Source of the DNA: an uncultured Methanosarcinaceae archaeon
GTDB lineage: Archaea; Halobacteriota; Methanosarcinia; Methanosarcinales; Methanosarcinaceae
Length of the DNA stretch: 64,000 bases
Assembly: GCA_963727895.1 (NCBI GenBank)
Contig: CAVSHT010000003.1
Location: forward strand, 160,001 to 224,000
Reading direction: 5' to 3'
This document shows, piece after piece, positions 21,897 to 34,334 of the stretch. A model generated the notes under the pieces. The model was not told where the DNA came from. It made no database searches and saw nothing but the letters and a program-made list of their open reading frames with translations. Numbering within the stretch: position 1 is the stretch's first letter; every line of letters starts with the position of its first letter. Position numbers and translations under genes: made by a program.

Positions 21897-22042
21897 AAAT
21901 CAATTATTGAAAAACTCTATTTTTCAGATCAACATAATTATTTTTTTATTTATGGAATAGTATTAATATTGATTTAACATCTGTTTTTTGATAACAAATT
22001 TAAAGAATACTTTTTAATAATATTTGTGGATGGTAATTGTTC

Positions 22043-22405
22043 ATGGAAGATTTAATAATTTATTTACTGATTGGTTCAGCAGCAGGTATTTTAAGTGGAT
22101 TATTTGGGATTGGTGGTGGGACTATTATTATTCCTGCACTAGTTTTTTTACTAGGATTTTCTCAAATAAAAGCTCAGGGAACTTCTTTAGTCGCAATGCT
22201 TCCGCCGGTTGGCATACTTGCATTTCTTGAATACTATAAAAGAGGAAACACCGATTTATATGCGGGTATAATAATTTGTATTGCTATGGTTATTGGTGCA
22301 AAATTCGGGGCTCAAATTGCAAATGGACTCCCACTTGACGTATTGAGGAAAGCTTTTGGTATATTTGTTATTCTAATAGGAATAAAAACTTTTTTTGGAA
22401 AATAA
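22043..22405 (+). CDS. TSUP/TauE-SafE family half-size membrane protein
   Basis: AGILSGLFGIGGGTIIIP, AQGTSL. Confidence 0.85.
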   Translation: MEDLIIYLLIGSAAGILSGLFGIGGGTIIIPALVFLLGFSQIKAQGTSLVAMLPPVGILAFLEYYKRGNTDLYAGIIICIAMVIGAKFGAQIANGLPLDVLRKAFGIFVILIGIKTFFGK

Positions 22406-22581
22406 GTATATTTTATTACCTAATCTATAATTAGTAACTATTTAATCTTTGCAAAATCGGTTTATACCAATCAAATATCCAAAAAAGAAATAATAAAAGA
22501 TCTTTAAAGATCCTTAATATGTATGATTTCGAAACTTGTCAAATGCTTTGCAGCTCAACAAATCTCAAAAAAGAAATGAAC

Positions 22582-24321
22582 TTAAGATGAAGAATATTTT
22601 TTCTTCGTATTTCGTGTATCTCTTGTATTACCTGTGCTGTTCTTATTGCGAGAGTCGCTGCGAGAGCCATTGCGAGAGCCATTGCGAGAGCCGTTGCGAG
22701 CGCCACCGCGATATTCACCATCATTCTTCGAGCTTCTTCCTTTTGATTTTTGGGCAACCTCTATAAAGGGCTTTCGACCTCTCTTTTTATCTTTAAAGAT
22801 TTCTAGAAGAGTTGAAGCCTGAGCAAATGGTACAGTTACAAAAGAAAAGTGAGGAAAAATTTCTGCATCTCTTATTTTTAGGTCCTTTTCTCCTGTTTCT
22901 TCCTGCATAAACTCACACAACTTTTCAGGGGTCATGCCGTCGACTTTACCCATTGCGATGAACAACCTGGTTTTACCTTTCCGGTCGACGTACGAACTTT
23001 CGGAGATCTCTGCATACATGCTTTCGTCAAACATTTCCTTGAAAGAGTACTTAAGGAGGGCAGCAAGTATTTTTTCGGCTGGGTATTCTTCAAGAAGTTT
23101 TTCGCTCATCTCAAGGCAGTCGCCGTATTCTTCAGTTTTTATAGTTTCTTCGAGTTCGGTTTTTACTCTTGACCTTTTGGCTTTTATTACATCTTTTATT
23201 TCAGGAATTCGACCTTTCTTCATTTCAGACTTTGAGGTCTTTTTTATGTAGGTTAGCCGCCTGTATTCTGTGGATGTAACGAAAGTAATTGCAGTTCCCT
23301 GTTTTCCTGCACGGCCTGTTCTTCCTATTCTATGCACATAGGACTCTGGATCTTGAGGCAAAGAATAGTTAATTACATGGGTAAGGTCCATGATATCAAT
23401 ACCCCTGGCTGCAACGTCAGTTGCGACGAGGATATTTATTTTTTGTTTTCTAAACCGGTTCAGGATTTTTTCTCTCTCATTCTGGGAAAGATCACCATGT
23501 AAAGCATCGGCTGTATATCCCCTGTCTCCAAGCTTTTGGGCAACTTGAGCGGTATCGGTTTTTGTTCTACAGAACACAAGCCCGTAGAATTCGTCTTCAA
23601 TATCAATGATCCTGCACAGGGCTTCAAATTTATCGCTTTCCTGGACTTCGAAGTAAATCTGCTCGGTCAAGCTTGTAGTAAGATCTTCGTTCTCAATGAC
23701 AACATGCTCATAGTTTTTCATGTATTTCTTGACAATTCCAAGAATTTGTTTTGGCATTGTAGCTGAAAAAAAAAGCATTCTTTTTTCAGGTCCTGTTGCC
23801 TTCAAGATTTCTTTAATATCATCAATGAAACCCATATTAAGCATTTCGTCGGCTTCATCCAGCACAAAATAAGCTATGTGCTCAAGATTCATACTCTTTC
23901 GTTCAAGATGGTCGATGACCCTTCCTGGAGTCCCTACAACAATGTCAACTCCATTTTTTAACATCTTGAGCTGCTGGGTCATGGATTGTCCCCCATAAAT
24001 TGGGACTATATGCAGTTTTTTGTCCCCTTTCAAGGAATTAAGCTCTTCTGAAACCTGTATTGCCAATTCTCGGGTTGGGGTCAGGATTATTGCCTGTACC
24101 TTTCCTGATTTCTCAGAAATTTTTTCTATAATGGGAGCTCCGAAAGCCGTTGTTTTCCCTGTTCCGGTTTGAGCCTGCCCTATAATATCACATTCTCCTT
24201 TCAAAAAAAGTGGGATAACTTTTTCCTGAATTGGGGTTGGTTCTTCAAACCCTTTCTTTTTGAAGGCTTTTAACGTACTGTCTGAAAGCCCCAATGCCTT
24301 AAATTTTGCTAGTTTTTCCAT
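22582..24321 (-). CDS. deaD: DEAD-box RNA helicase (DeaD/CsdA-like)
   Basis: AQTGTGKT, PTRELA, DEAD, SAT, HRIGRTGRAG; DbpA-like C-terminal domain and SRNG repeats. Confidence 0.95.
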   Translation of the reverse strand: MEKLAKFKALGLSDSTLKAFKKKGFEEPTPIQEKVIPLFLKGECDIIGQAQTGTGKTTAFGAPIIEKISEKSGKVQAIILTPTRELAIQVSEELNSLKGDKKLHIVPIYGGQSMTQQLKMLKNGVDIVVGTPGRVIDHLERKSMNLEHIAYFVLDEADEMLNMGFIDDIKEILKATGPEKRMLFFSATMPKQILGIVKKYMKNYEHVVIENEDLTTSLTEQIYFEVQESDKFEALCRIIDIEDEFYGLVFCRTKTDTAQVAQKLGDRGYTADALHGDLSQNEREKILNRFRKQKINILVATDVAARGIDIMDLTHVINYSLPQDPESYVHRIGRTGRAGKQGTAITFVTSTEYRRLTYIKKTSKSEMKKGRIPEIKDVIKAKRSRVKTELEETIKTEEYGDCLEMSEKLLEEYPAEKILAALLKYSFKEMFDESMYAEISESSYVDRKGKTRLFIAMGKVDGMTPEKLCEFMQEETGEKDLKIRDAEIFPHFSFVTVPFAQASTLLEIFKDKKRGRKPFIEVAQKSKGRSSKNDGEYRGGARNGSRNGSRNGSRSDSRNKNSTGNTRDTRNTKKKYSSS

Positions 24322-24924
24322 GTACTCACTCTAATATTGACAATTTTTTTACAGATCGTGCAATTTGCAGAACTGCTGGTTATACTCTATACCTCATACC
24401 CGGCAGTATCCTTTGCGGAAGAGGCCACTTATTAAGACCGGTACATGATACCAACTAAAAAAAGGTAAACACGCCGTATAAATGGTTAATATCCCCGGGA
24501 ATGCGAGACGGTGCCTAAGAACCAGGGAAATTCACAACCAATATACATAAACTTATACTGCAAAAATTCGATTTTTTTGGATAAGTTCTAGACGCTTTTT
24601 TGAGTTCTTCCCTGTGATACAGGCAGACTAAATTATCTAATTTTATCTAATTAAATAATATAAAGTACATAACCTTTGATTTGAATGTTATCCTGTAACT
24701 CTTTTTCCTATATATAACCCTTTGCTATTCCTCTAACCGATTTTTTATAATAAAGCTTTCTATTATCCTGAAAAAAGTCTTTTAGCCAGATGCCATTGGT
24801 TTTTTTGGATGACTAATACTATGAATAATATACTGACTAATATGCTTAGAGATAACAATAATATCTGCAACCATTATTATATATTTATTTATATATTAAC
24901 CTTGGGGGTAACATGAAAGTTTAT

Positions 24925-25368
24925 TCAATAATACCAGCCATGAAAGCATAGTTCATCGGTCAGCATTTCTTTAAGGAGGTTTAGCCTTTCAATTGAATTC
25001 CTTATTTGTTCTGGTTTATCCAGTAATTCTTCACATCCGGTTTCTTCCTGTATTGTTGTGATTCTTAAAAGTTCTGAAAAATTTACGCATTCATCCAAAA
25101 AGCTGTTGAACAGTTTGCGAGCCTTTATTAGATCTTCTGATGTCCTGAAATCAGGCTGAACAGTTTTTTCATATTCTGCTCTTTGTTTCATCTCTGAGAC
25201 CAGAAGACGAGACTCAACATAATCTTTGGCATTCAGAATGTCTCCGAGTTTTCTGAGATCTGTCCCTATATACTGGGTAAAGTAAGCAATTTCAAAGGTC
25301 CACCTTTTGTCAAAATTAGTTTCTGGCCCCTCATTGATAAAAGGAATTTTACTTGTCAGCAGGTTCAT
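24925..25368 (-). CDS. Hypothetical protein
   Basis: 147-aa helical ORF with AGGAG upstream. Confidence 0.6.
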   Translation of the reverse strand: MNLLTSKIPFINEGPETNFDKRWTFEIAYFTQYIGTDLRKLGDILNAKDYVESRLLVSEMKQRAEYEKTVQPDFRTSEDLIKARKLFNSFLDECVNFSELLRITTIQEETGCEELLDKPEQIRNSIERLNLLKEMLTDELCFHGWYY

Positions 25369-25971
25369 CTCCTGTTTCTCTTCGCTTTCAATATTAACAT
25401 GCTAGAGAATATAATAAAAGCTTAACTAAATTATCTAGCTTTATAGTTTATTATCAGAAGACTATATAGGGATGATATCATTCCTAACTAATTTAACTGA
25501 CACTGCCGAAGCATTAAGAAAATAATAAATTAAATCTGTGCGATCAGTCAATTTTGATTGAAATTGAAAAAATTAATTGTACTCTCTTACAAATAGCCTT
25601 TTTGGTCTTTATTTATGAGTTTTATGTTTATATTATCTTAAAGAAAGCTTTTGTTCATGAGTCCGTAAAATCGAAAAATGAGTCAGTAAACAGAAAATTG
25701 CCTCAGTTATTGCTTTTTTTGTTCATAGCAACAATTTTTCATATTGGCTACATAAAAATATTCTATTGAGAATGATATAAAAGTTGCTGTAAATCTAAAT
25801 ATTTTGTTTACGTAAAGTGAAAAAACGGTATTAGAAGAGTAAGCAACAACTTTAGACCAGCGAATATTCATTATTGTTTTTCAGATTATATTATTTGAAA
25901 AATGAAAAAACATTCTTCAAAAAATTAAAAAAGCAGTATCAAAAAAGAATTAATTTAAAAATTAAATATTC

Positions 25972-26340
25972 TTATTTTGAAGGCTCTACTTTTGGAGCTT
26001 TTGGCTTGTCTACTATTGGAACCGATATCTTAATAAATTCCTTAGCACCAGTCTTTGCTCTTTCGTTAGAGATTGATAAACAATCTTTTGGGCAGCCGTT
26101 TACGCATTCAGTGCACATAATGCATCTAAATACATTAAGTTCCCATGTCTTATTGGCTTTAGTAACTGTTATTGCATCAGGGGGACATTTCTTTTGACAT
26201 AATCCACAGAGAATACAGTTCTCAGGGTTAAAAACAATCCTCCCTTTAAACTCCTTAAAAGGTTCCCTTATCTCGAAGGGGTAAAGTCTGGTAGCAGGTT
26301 TACGAGAAATATTTGTTAATACAAGGTTTAACATACCCAT
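25972..26340 (-). CDS. echF: Ech hydrogenase 2[4Fe-4S] subunit
   Basis: Two CxxCxxCxxxCP motifs; last gene of the operon. Confidence 0.93.
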   Translation of the reverse strand: MGMLNLVLTNISRKPATRLYPFEIREPFKEFKGRIVFNPENCILCGLCQKKCPPDAITVTKANKTWELNVFRCIMCTECVNGCPKDCLSISNERAKTGAKEFIKISVPIVDKPKAPKVEPSK

Positions 26341-26355
26341 TATATCACCCTCTTC

Positions 26356-27432
26356 TTATCTTTCAGTGCAGCTAACGCAGGGATCTATAGTAAGCACAAC
26401 TATAGGCACATCAGCGAGTTTGACGCCTGGTAACATAAGTAGCAGTGAAGGTATGTTTGCAAAGGTAGGAGTCCTAATTTTAAGTCTTTCTAAGTTTTTA
26501 GTACCATTACCTTTCACATAATATACAACTTCACCTCTGGGCTGCTCTGTTCTTATAATAGCTTCTCCAGTAGGGAAGCCTTTAACACGTGTTGCAATCT
26601 CACCATCAGGCATCTTGGAGATTGCATTTCTTACGATAGTAATAGAATTATATAGCTCAGTGATTCTTACTTTAGTTCTGGCGTAACAATCTCCATCCTT
26701 TTCAACAGCCGTCTTAAAACCGAGATCCTTATAAATATCCCAGTCTGATGTCTCTCTCACGTCAATAGCGTTCCCACTTCCTCTAAGTGTAGGGCCAGCT
26801 GTTCCAGCTTCGTACGCTAGTTGCTTTGACATTGTAGCTAATCCCACAAGTCTTTGCTTAACCGTGTAATTGTTTACAAACACCTTTTCAACATTTTTAA
26901 TCTCAGTTTCCAGTGAATCGCACATTTTCAAAAGCATATCAATATGCTCTTTAGTCAGATCTCTAGTAACTCCTCCAACTTTGGATATTGAATGTATAAC
27001 TCTGTTTCCAGTGATTCTTTCCGCTACATCCAGTACTTCTTCTCTGTACTTCCAGCATTCATAAAAGAGGCTTTCAAACCCAAAACCATCGGCAAACAAG
27101 CCAAGCCAGAGGAGGTGACTGTGAAGCCTGTTAAGTTCACCAACTATTACTCTGATGTACTGTGCTCTTTCAGGGATTTCAGTGTCAAATAGTTTTTCGA
27201 CTGCCCGTGTATAAGTTATACCATGAAGGGCACTGCATATCCCACATATTCTCTCACAAATGTAGGTAGTTTGATTATAGTCCTTTGTATCTATGAATTT
27301 TTCAAGCCCTCTATGAACGTAGCCCAATGAGGGAAGTACTCCAACAACAACATCATTATCAATTTCAAGTTTTAACGATATTGGTTCAGGTAAAACTGGA
27401 TGTTGAGGACCAAAAGGTATTATAGTTGTCAT
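26356..27432 (-). CDS. echE: Ech hydrogenase large [NiFe] subunit
   Basis: ERICGIC and DPCVSCTER. Confidence 0.96.
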   Translation of the reverse strand: MTTIIPFGPQHPVLPEPISLKLEIDNDVVVGVLPSLGYVHRGLEKFIDTKDYNQTTYICERICGICSALHGITYTRAVEKLFDTEIPERAQYIRVIVGELNRLHSHLLWLGLFADGFGFESLFYECWKYREEVLDVAERITGNRVIHSISKVGGVTRDLTKEHIDMLLKMCDSLETEIKNVEKVFVNNYTVKQRLVGLATMSKQLAYEAGTAGPTLRGSGNAIDVRETSDWDIYKDLGFKTAVEKDGDCYARTKVRITELYNSITIVRNAISKMPDGEIATRVKGFPTGEAIIRTEQPRGEVVYYVKGNGTKNLERLKIRTPTFANIPSLLLMLPGVKLADVPIVVLTIDPCVSCTER

Positions 27433-27454
27433 GTTATTCTCCTCATGAATTTCT

Positions 27455-27808
27455 TTAGGCTAAGGGAGTTTTTGGACTGTTTGGTGTCAGATAAAGGTGG
27501 CCCTTATAGTCTATTGCTAAACCTTCAAAAGTCAATCCAAAGAGATCCTGGTATTCATTTTCGATTAAAAGCGCACACAAATAAATGCCTGACATGCTCT
27601 TTGGTTTTTCACCTGGCTTCACAAAATATCTCAAATTTTTCAATATATTATCTTTTTCAAATATATACAAAAACTCATGTCCTTCGTTAGCTTTCAGGCA
27701 TATCATAGTAGAATATCGATAGCCATCTTTTTTTAAGCCCTCAACAGTTTTTAGCAGTTCTCCGCTGCTTTTTATATCTGTCACATTTTGAATCACATTA
27801 TCAAGCAT
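27455..27808 (-). CDS. echD: Ech hydrogenase subunit D
   Basis: NuoC-like ENEYQDLFGLTF; operon position. Confidence 0.9.
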   Translation of the reverse strand: MLDNVIQNVTDIKSSGELLKTVEGLKKDGYRYSTMICLKANEGHEFLYIFEKDNILKNLRYFVKPGEKPKSMSGIYLCALLIENEYQDLFGLTFEGLAIDYKGHLYLTPNSPKTPLA

Positions 27809-28271
27809 TCGATGGCACCTCGTTTCCTTTCAATTTTACTTCTTTTCCTTTGATGTTCCCTTTCTTCTTATTTTCAAGTATTGAAAGTGCTGCTACTACT
27901 CCATCAAGTATGGCTTCAGGCCTTGGGCAACATCCGGGAACATATGCATCTACGGGTATGACCTGGTCTACTCCGCCTACTACATTATAGCAATCGTGGA
28001 ATATTCCGCCTGTAGATGCACAGGCACCTACAGCTAGAACAACTTTTGGATCCGGAATCTGGTTATAAAGATTTTTAAGCACATTTACATTTTTATAATT
28101 CACCGAGCCTGTAACCACCATTATATCAGCTTGCTTTGGAGTTCCTATATTTAAAACCCCAAATCTTTCAGCATCATATAGGGGAGTAAGACAGGCCACT
28201 ACTTCAATATCACAGCCATTGCAACTGTTACAGTTAACATGTATAATCCATGGGGATTTTGCCAAACTCAT
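27801..28271 (-). CDS. echC: Ech hydrogenase small subunit
   Basis: SCNGCDIE, GACA, PGCCPRP. Confidence 0.95.
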   Translation of the reverse strand: MSLAKSPWIIHVNCNSCNGCDIEVVACLTPLYDAERFGVLNIGTPKQADIMVVTGSVNYKNVNVLKNLYNQIPDPKVVLAVGACASTGGIFHDCYNVVGGVDQVIPVDAYVPGCCPRPEAILDGVVAALSILENKKKGNIKGKEVKLKGNEVPSNA

Positions 28272-28285
28272 AAATGTCCCTCTTT

Positions 28286-29155
28286 TTAAGCTAATTTTAC
28301 TCCGCTAATATACAGGAATGCTATGTTTATAATCGAAAGTATTAGCAGGACTGACCAACTCAGTTTGAGCATCCACTGCCAGTATACTCTTGCAGTAATG
28401 TTATCTATAACAATTACAAGCAAGTAAGCAATGATGCCTATAAGCACACCTATTATTGGGGTTGATGCCCAGAATAAGAATATGAGTCCTGTTAAAAACA
28501 CATATTCATAAAAGTGTGCAATCTCAATGGTTCCAAACCCTGGCCCTGAATATTCGGTTGTCATACCTTTAACCAGTTCTTGGTGACCATGGTGAGAGGT
28601 TGAATAGTCAAAGGGTGATTTTTTCAATTTTATATTCAGAACAACTATCATTGCTATGAATATAAGAGGCGTATACATCAGCAGAGGGGATGATGCACCT
28701 ACTATTCCAGATAGCTTGAATGTACCGGTAAGCAGGTATATTGCAAGAGCATATAATATTAAAATGGGTTCATAGGACAGTACAGCCATAATTTCCCTTG
28801 AACTTCCTACTCTGGCGTATGGAGAACCAGTGCTCATTCCTCCTACAATTAGAGCTACCGAAGCTACTGTGTAGACGAATATTATCATCAATATATCTTG
28901 TTTAAAAACTAACATCAAGAGACTCAAAACTATAAAGACAAGATACACGATTACGTAAAAATTTTGAGATGGATTTACAACCATATTGTCTTTGCTGAAG
29001 AGCTTCTTAACATCATAGTATGGCTGCAAAAGAGGAGGACCTACTCTACCTTGTAATCTTGCAGTGATTCTCCTATCAACTCCTGAAGCTATACAGCCAA
29101 GGATAGGAGCACCAATTACAACAAGGATAATTGTTAAAATATCACTTATATTCAT
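28286..29155 (-). CDS. echB: Ech hydrogenase membrane subunit B
   Basis: NuoH-like DRRITARLQGRVGPP. Confidence 0.94.
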   Translation of the reverse strand: MNISDILTIILVVIGAPILGCIASGVDRRITARLQGRVGPPLLQPYYDVKKLFSKDNMVVNPSQNFYVIVYLVFIVLSLLMLVFKQDILMIIFVYTVASVALIVGGMSTGSPYARVGSSREIMAVLSYEPILILYALAIYLLTGTFKLSGIVGASSPLLMYTPLIFIAMIVVLNIKLKKSPFDYSTSHHGHQELVKGMTTEYSGPGFGTIEIAHFYEYVFLTGLIFLFWASTPIIGVLIGIIAYLLVIVIDNITARVYWQWMLKLSWSVLLILSIINIAFLYISGVKLA

Positions 29156-31069
29156 AATACTCCTCCTAGCAATGCTATTGCAATCAGAATTATGGAAATT
29201 GCATATCCAAATGTTGTAAGTTTACTTTCTCCAAAAATATTCTGGAGATATATGTTGGAGACACTGCTTTTTTCGTAGCTGCAAAGTCCATTTCTGAACA
29301 TTAGTCTGTCCTTTTCAAGATTGTTTTCTCCACACATATAGTAGCTAGCTGTACGAGGAGTGAACATGTTTTTGGTAGCTACATATATCAGAATCGCCAG
29401 AGCAAGAACTATGAATATCGCTGCATAGGCAAATGCTCCAATTTCAGAGGTAAATTGTCCAGCCTGTCCTGAAATCGCAGGAGTAGCATTGAGCAGAATT
29501 GCGACCTGAGGTTTAATGAAGTAATCATATATTGAAAATATGAAGATACTTGTAACCACAATGGCTAACGCAAGGAACCGATAGTGGGAAATATGTTTCC
29601 AGTTTTTTATGGGGAACTGCATTTTTATCCATGCTGGATGACATGATTGTCCCAAGCCATTTAGAGTAATAAACTGTGGTAAGTGCACTTCCAAGTACCA
29701 GGAATACTACTACAACAGGGTTGCTTGAGGCAGCTTCCATTGATACCCATTTTGTAAGCAACACTCCAAAAGGAGGTAATAGCATGGATACCATTCCCAG
29801 AGCTGCAATGCTGGTGAGAAGGGGAGCTTTCTTTATTAATCCTGACATGTCCTCAATATCTCTGCTTCCTATGGTGTGCTCAATTTCACCTGTGCACAGG
29901 AATAAAAGACCTTTTGATATGGCGTGGAACAGAATAAGCATCATTGAAGCAGCTACAGCCAGAGGTGTGCCTATACCTGCACTTGCGATAATTAATCCCA
30001 GGTTTGCAATGGTTGAATAAGCAAGCACTCTTTTAGCATTTCTTTGAGATAAGGCTAAAGCTGAGCAGATAACAAAGGTAAAGCTACCGTAAACTGCAAT
30101 AGCTGTTCCAAGGGGAGTATTAGCATAAGCTGGTACAAGCTTGATAATTAAAAACACACCGGCATTTACCATCGTGCTTGAGTGCAGTAAAGCAGAAACA
30201 GGAGTTGGAGCTACCATTGCACCTAATAGCCAGCTCTGGAAAGGCATCTGAGCAGATTTTGCAAAGCCTCCGATACAGAGTAAAGCAACAGGAAGGGCTA
30301 TAGCGGCAAGAGCTGTTGCATTAGTTCCAGCGTAAGTTCCAATTCCAGAAAGAGTACTTATATCATATTTAGTTGCAAGCAGAATTATGCCCATAGATAA
30401 AGCAATTCCACCAACCAGGTTTAAAGCCAGAGCCCTGAAACCGTTGTTTATTCCCTCTTCATCCATGTTATATGAGATCAATATGAATGAACACAGAGTT
30501 GTTAGTTCCCAGAAAAGGAACATCCATCCTAATGTGTCAGATATTACCAGACCATTCATAGCTGCCAAGAAGAAGCTCATTGTAAAGTAAAATGTCTTTT
30601 GTCTATTGAGATGTCTGTGTTCTTCATACTGGTCCATGTATCCAGTTGCGAATAAAATAATTGCAGTACCTACTATATTCACAACTAATATCATGATCTG
30701 AGACAATTGATCAATATTAAAATAAGCACTTTCAACTTTTGGAACATTGGTATAAGTGTAAGCAAACAAAGCTGCTGAAATTATCCCTAGTCCAAGTGTA
30801 GGCCAATTTTTATATTTTGCTGACACACCAATAATATATAATATTACCAGTACTTCGAGTACAAGAATCACATTTTCTAACATTGCGAAATTTGGTTCGC
30901 CAATCTTAATTACTCCAGTACCATCTAATACTAAATTAACTGATAAAGCTATTCCAATTATGAAAAAAACCCAAGCCAAATACTTGTATAGCGATTTGGG
31001 AAGGGCTACGAATAATAACGAAAACAGTATTGGTACTGTAATTAATAGCATAACAGTGTTTTCTATCAT
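29152..31069 (-). CDS. echA: Ech hydrogenase antiporter-like subunit A (one +1 frameshift near 29578)
   Basis: KSAQMPFQSWLLGAMVAPTPVSALLHSSTMV; C-terminus continues in another frame. Confidence 0.92.
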
Positions 31070-31775
31070 ACAGCGTATCCTCCGAACTATTAATCCTCCG
31101 ATCTGTTTATCTTCTGACTTACAATGATAGGATTTACTCAGCTGAAATATAAAATCGAATTTTTAGCTGTTTTTATATCTCTTTTTTTATAGTTACAAAA
31201 TGTATACTATATTGACTTCTCAGTTCAACTGTGCAATTCCTGAATACATAAGAATATGGACCAATAATCCATATAATTATTATAATATTTTTTATCAAAA
31301 TTATAAGAAATAATAATCTGTGAATAACGTCGATATAAATTCGACACGGTGCCATTCTAACTTATAACATAGAGATATTTAAAGATAGTGATTTTCTTTT
31401 TACTTTTATATTACTCATAAGAATATGGGCAAAGCAACCCGAATATATTATTCGTCTTCCTTTTTATATTTTTAAATTGTATATATATTACTGAGTACTA
31501 ATAGATAGTACTAAATGAAGTTAGTATGCCACTAAAATAGTATAAATTAGCATACACAAAACCCTATTTAAACGTAGTGGTCTCAATTTATTTTTATATT
31601 GCTCCTGCAGTTTATTTATGGCTAGTCTGCGAATCTTACATTTGTAAAATTAAAAAAGTAAATAATCAATAAACAATATTATCAAGATATTATGTTAATT
31701 AATATTAACAAAGAGGTATTTAAAGAAAGTGATTTTATCTTTATTATTATATTATTTTTGTATATACTTATATAA

Positions 31776-32515
31776 GGTATTGTTACCTAAACATAGTTAA
31801 CTCTTTATTTCTGTATTTCATCAATAGAATAACCGAGTACTTTAGCATTTCAAGACTTTTTGTATAACACTTTGTCTTTCTTCTCAACCTTGCTAAAAAA
31901 TGCCTCAATATGCTGTTATATCCTTCAACAGTATACGTTTTTGCTTTGGATTGAGTATGACTCTTTTCAGGAAGAAACTCTGCATATGCCCTCCAGTGAT
32001 CTGTCATCACTTCTCCAATCTCTTTTTTCTTCACTTTTTCCCAGAGTAGTTTTCCAGTTTCCGTTCCTCTGATGCCAAAAGAGCAGTTGATGAACTTTTT
32101 CCCAACTCTATCAACAGCAATCCAGATCCAGCAATATTTTTTTTGTTACTGATGTAAGTGTGCATCTCATCCATTTCAACAATAGATATCTCACTTTCAC
32201 TTTTTAGGTCCTCTCACTCTTGACCAAATTTCTTGATCCATTTTTGGACAGAAACATGACTTACCCCTAAAACTCCTCCTATTGAGCGAAAGCCCAATCC
32301 TTCAAGATAGAGTTGTAAAGCCTGTCTTTTTACAGAAGCGGAAAAAGCAGTTGATTTTAGCTCTACTGTATAGTTATAGCCACAATCAGAGCATTTGTAC
32401 CGTTGACGCCCGCCAACTATACCGTTCTTTTTGTGATTGGAACTATTACATTTTGGGCAGTTCACGCAGAAATATATGTTATAAGCATATATATCTATTT
32501 TTGTGTACCACTACA
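31776..32515 (-). mobile_element. IS1-family element, copy 4 (insA nonsense codon), 8-bp TSD TTATATAA
   Basis: TSD at 31768-31775 and 32516-32523; TGA at 32214. Confidence 0.95.
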
Positions 32516-32739
32516 TTATATAAATATGCTTTATAGAGAGCAAAGTTAACAGTTTATTCTAAAAAGTTTCTTGTTTTAATGAAGGTAGAGTGAGCTTCTT
32601 TCCTGTATTATTATGGAAACTTATAATGTTATATATTATATTTTATACTGTTATTTCTATTAATTACTGAATATTTCAAACTGATTGTTTTTCTACAACT
32701 TCTAAATACCTTTTTCCACATCAATTTAAATAAGAATTA

Positions 32740-33736
32740 TTACAAAAGTATATTGAACAGATATTCTGTAAAGATAATAGATATTGTTACAATTAAAACA
32801 AAGGTTCCTATTAATTCATTTTTAAGTACTTTTTTCAGGATAATCATTTCAGGAAGAGATAGTGCAGTAACTGCCATCAAGAAGACTAGAGCAGTACCTA
32901 TCGGCAGTCCTTTCCCAATAAGGCTTTCTACGATAGGGATCATACCCATAACATTTGAGTAGAGAGGTATTCCTATAACGACTGCGATAGGTACAGCAAG
33001 CAAATTGTCCTTCCCAGCATATTTTGCAAGGATACCTTCAGGAGCATATCCATGAAAGATTCCTCCTAAAGTAACTCCTATAATTATATAAATCCAAACT
33101 TTTCCTACAATGTTTAACGTTATCAAAAGCAATAGAAGCCCGTTCCTTTATGCTGAGCTCTTCAGGCTTCTTGGACTGCTCCCCTACCTTTATCTTGTAT
33201 ACGAAATCAGCTACGTATTTTTCCATTTTCAGAAGGCCCACTACATAACCACCAAAAACTCCGAGAATAATACCTGATACTACATAAATCAAGGTTGCTT
33301 TAAGACCAAGAGTAGCCCACAACGCAGCAACAGCAGCTTCGTTTACTAAAGGTGAAGTTATAAGAAAGGAAAATGTTACTCCAAGAGGCATTCCAGCTTC
33401 CACGAAACCAATGAAAAGGGGCACCGATGAACAGGAACAGAAAGGTGTAACTACTCCTAGCATGGAAGCTAAAAGATGATATTGCAGGCCTTTTTTACCT
33501 CCAAGCACTTTTCTGGTTTTTTTTGGAGTTATATAGGTCCTGATATAAGAAACAGCAAAGATCATTACAACTAGCAAAACTAAGATTTTCAATATATCAT
33601 AAATAATAAAGTTAACACTGGATGCAAGACGTGTATCAGGTGCAATCCTTAATAGACGTGTATCAGGTGCAATCCTTAATATTTCATATGTCAGTTTGTC
33701 TGCAAACCATTGGAAAGGATAGAATAGATCGACCAT
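32740..33736 (-). CDS. ArsP/DUF318-family permease (frameshift near 33120; 27-bp internal duplication)
   Basis: TPFCSCSSVP, SFLITSPLVNE, LSLPE. Confidence 0.85.
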
Positions 33737-34334
33737 TTTGAGTTCCGTCTTCTATGTTTATTCGCTAGTTTTATAATCTAATTTCAATCGCATCTGTATA
33801 TGTTTATACAATTATACATCTTTTCAGGGGATTTTTACAAAATTGTTTAATATATCTAGAAACTAGTAAGGACATTTTCATGCTCGTAAAGACACGAAAA
33901 CAGTTATTTGGAGTTTATTTTTAGGTAAATCTACTCTCTCCACATTAGTTGAGGGCTTAAATAAGGCGAAATGTTCTATCTTTTTAGAAGGGTTGAGTTT
34001 ACTTCCTGGAGTAAAGCATAGGAAAGTTGTACAATAACCCTAGTTTAAATTCTGGGAACTGTAAAGCATCAATAAGAATCTTAGCTCTTTAAATATTGGT
34101 GCAAGTGAATTTATCTTCAGATACTTAATAACCAATTTTTTTATTCTATCTCTTTCATTCATAGCTCTTCTTTTCTAATTTTTAGAAACAATCACTTATG
34201 TTTATTCAAATTAAGAAATTAATTACAATTTTAAAATTAAAAAACCCGTAACAGGTTTTAATTGCTGCTAACACATCTTTTGTATTATTTCGAATGATTG
34301 AGTTTCCATAAATGATAAAGAAATTATATGAAGA

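Noticed and set aside
22536..22822. CESH, ALAM and REPL repeat ORFs
   Set aside because: Alternative frames of the 12-bp SRNG repeat at the end of the helicase gene
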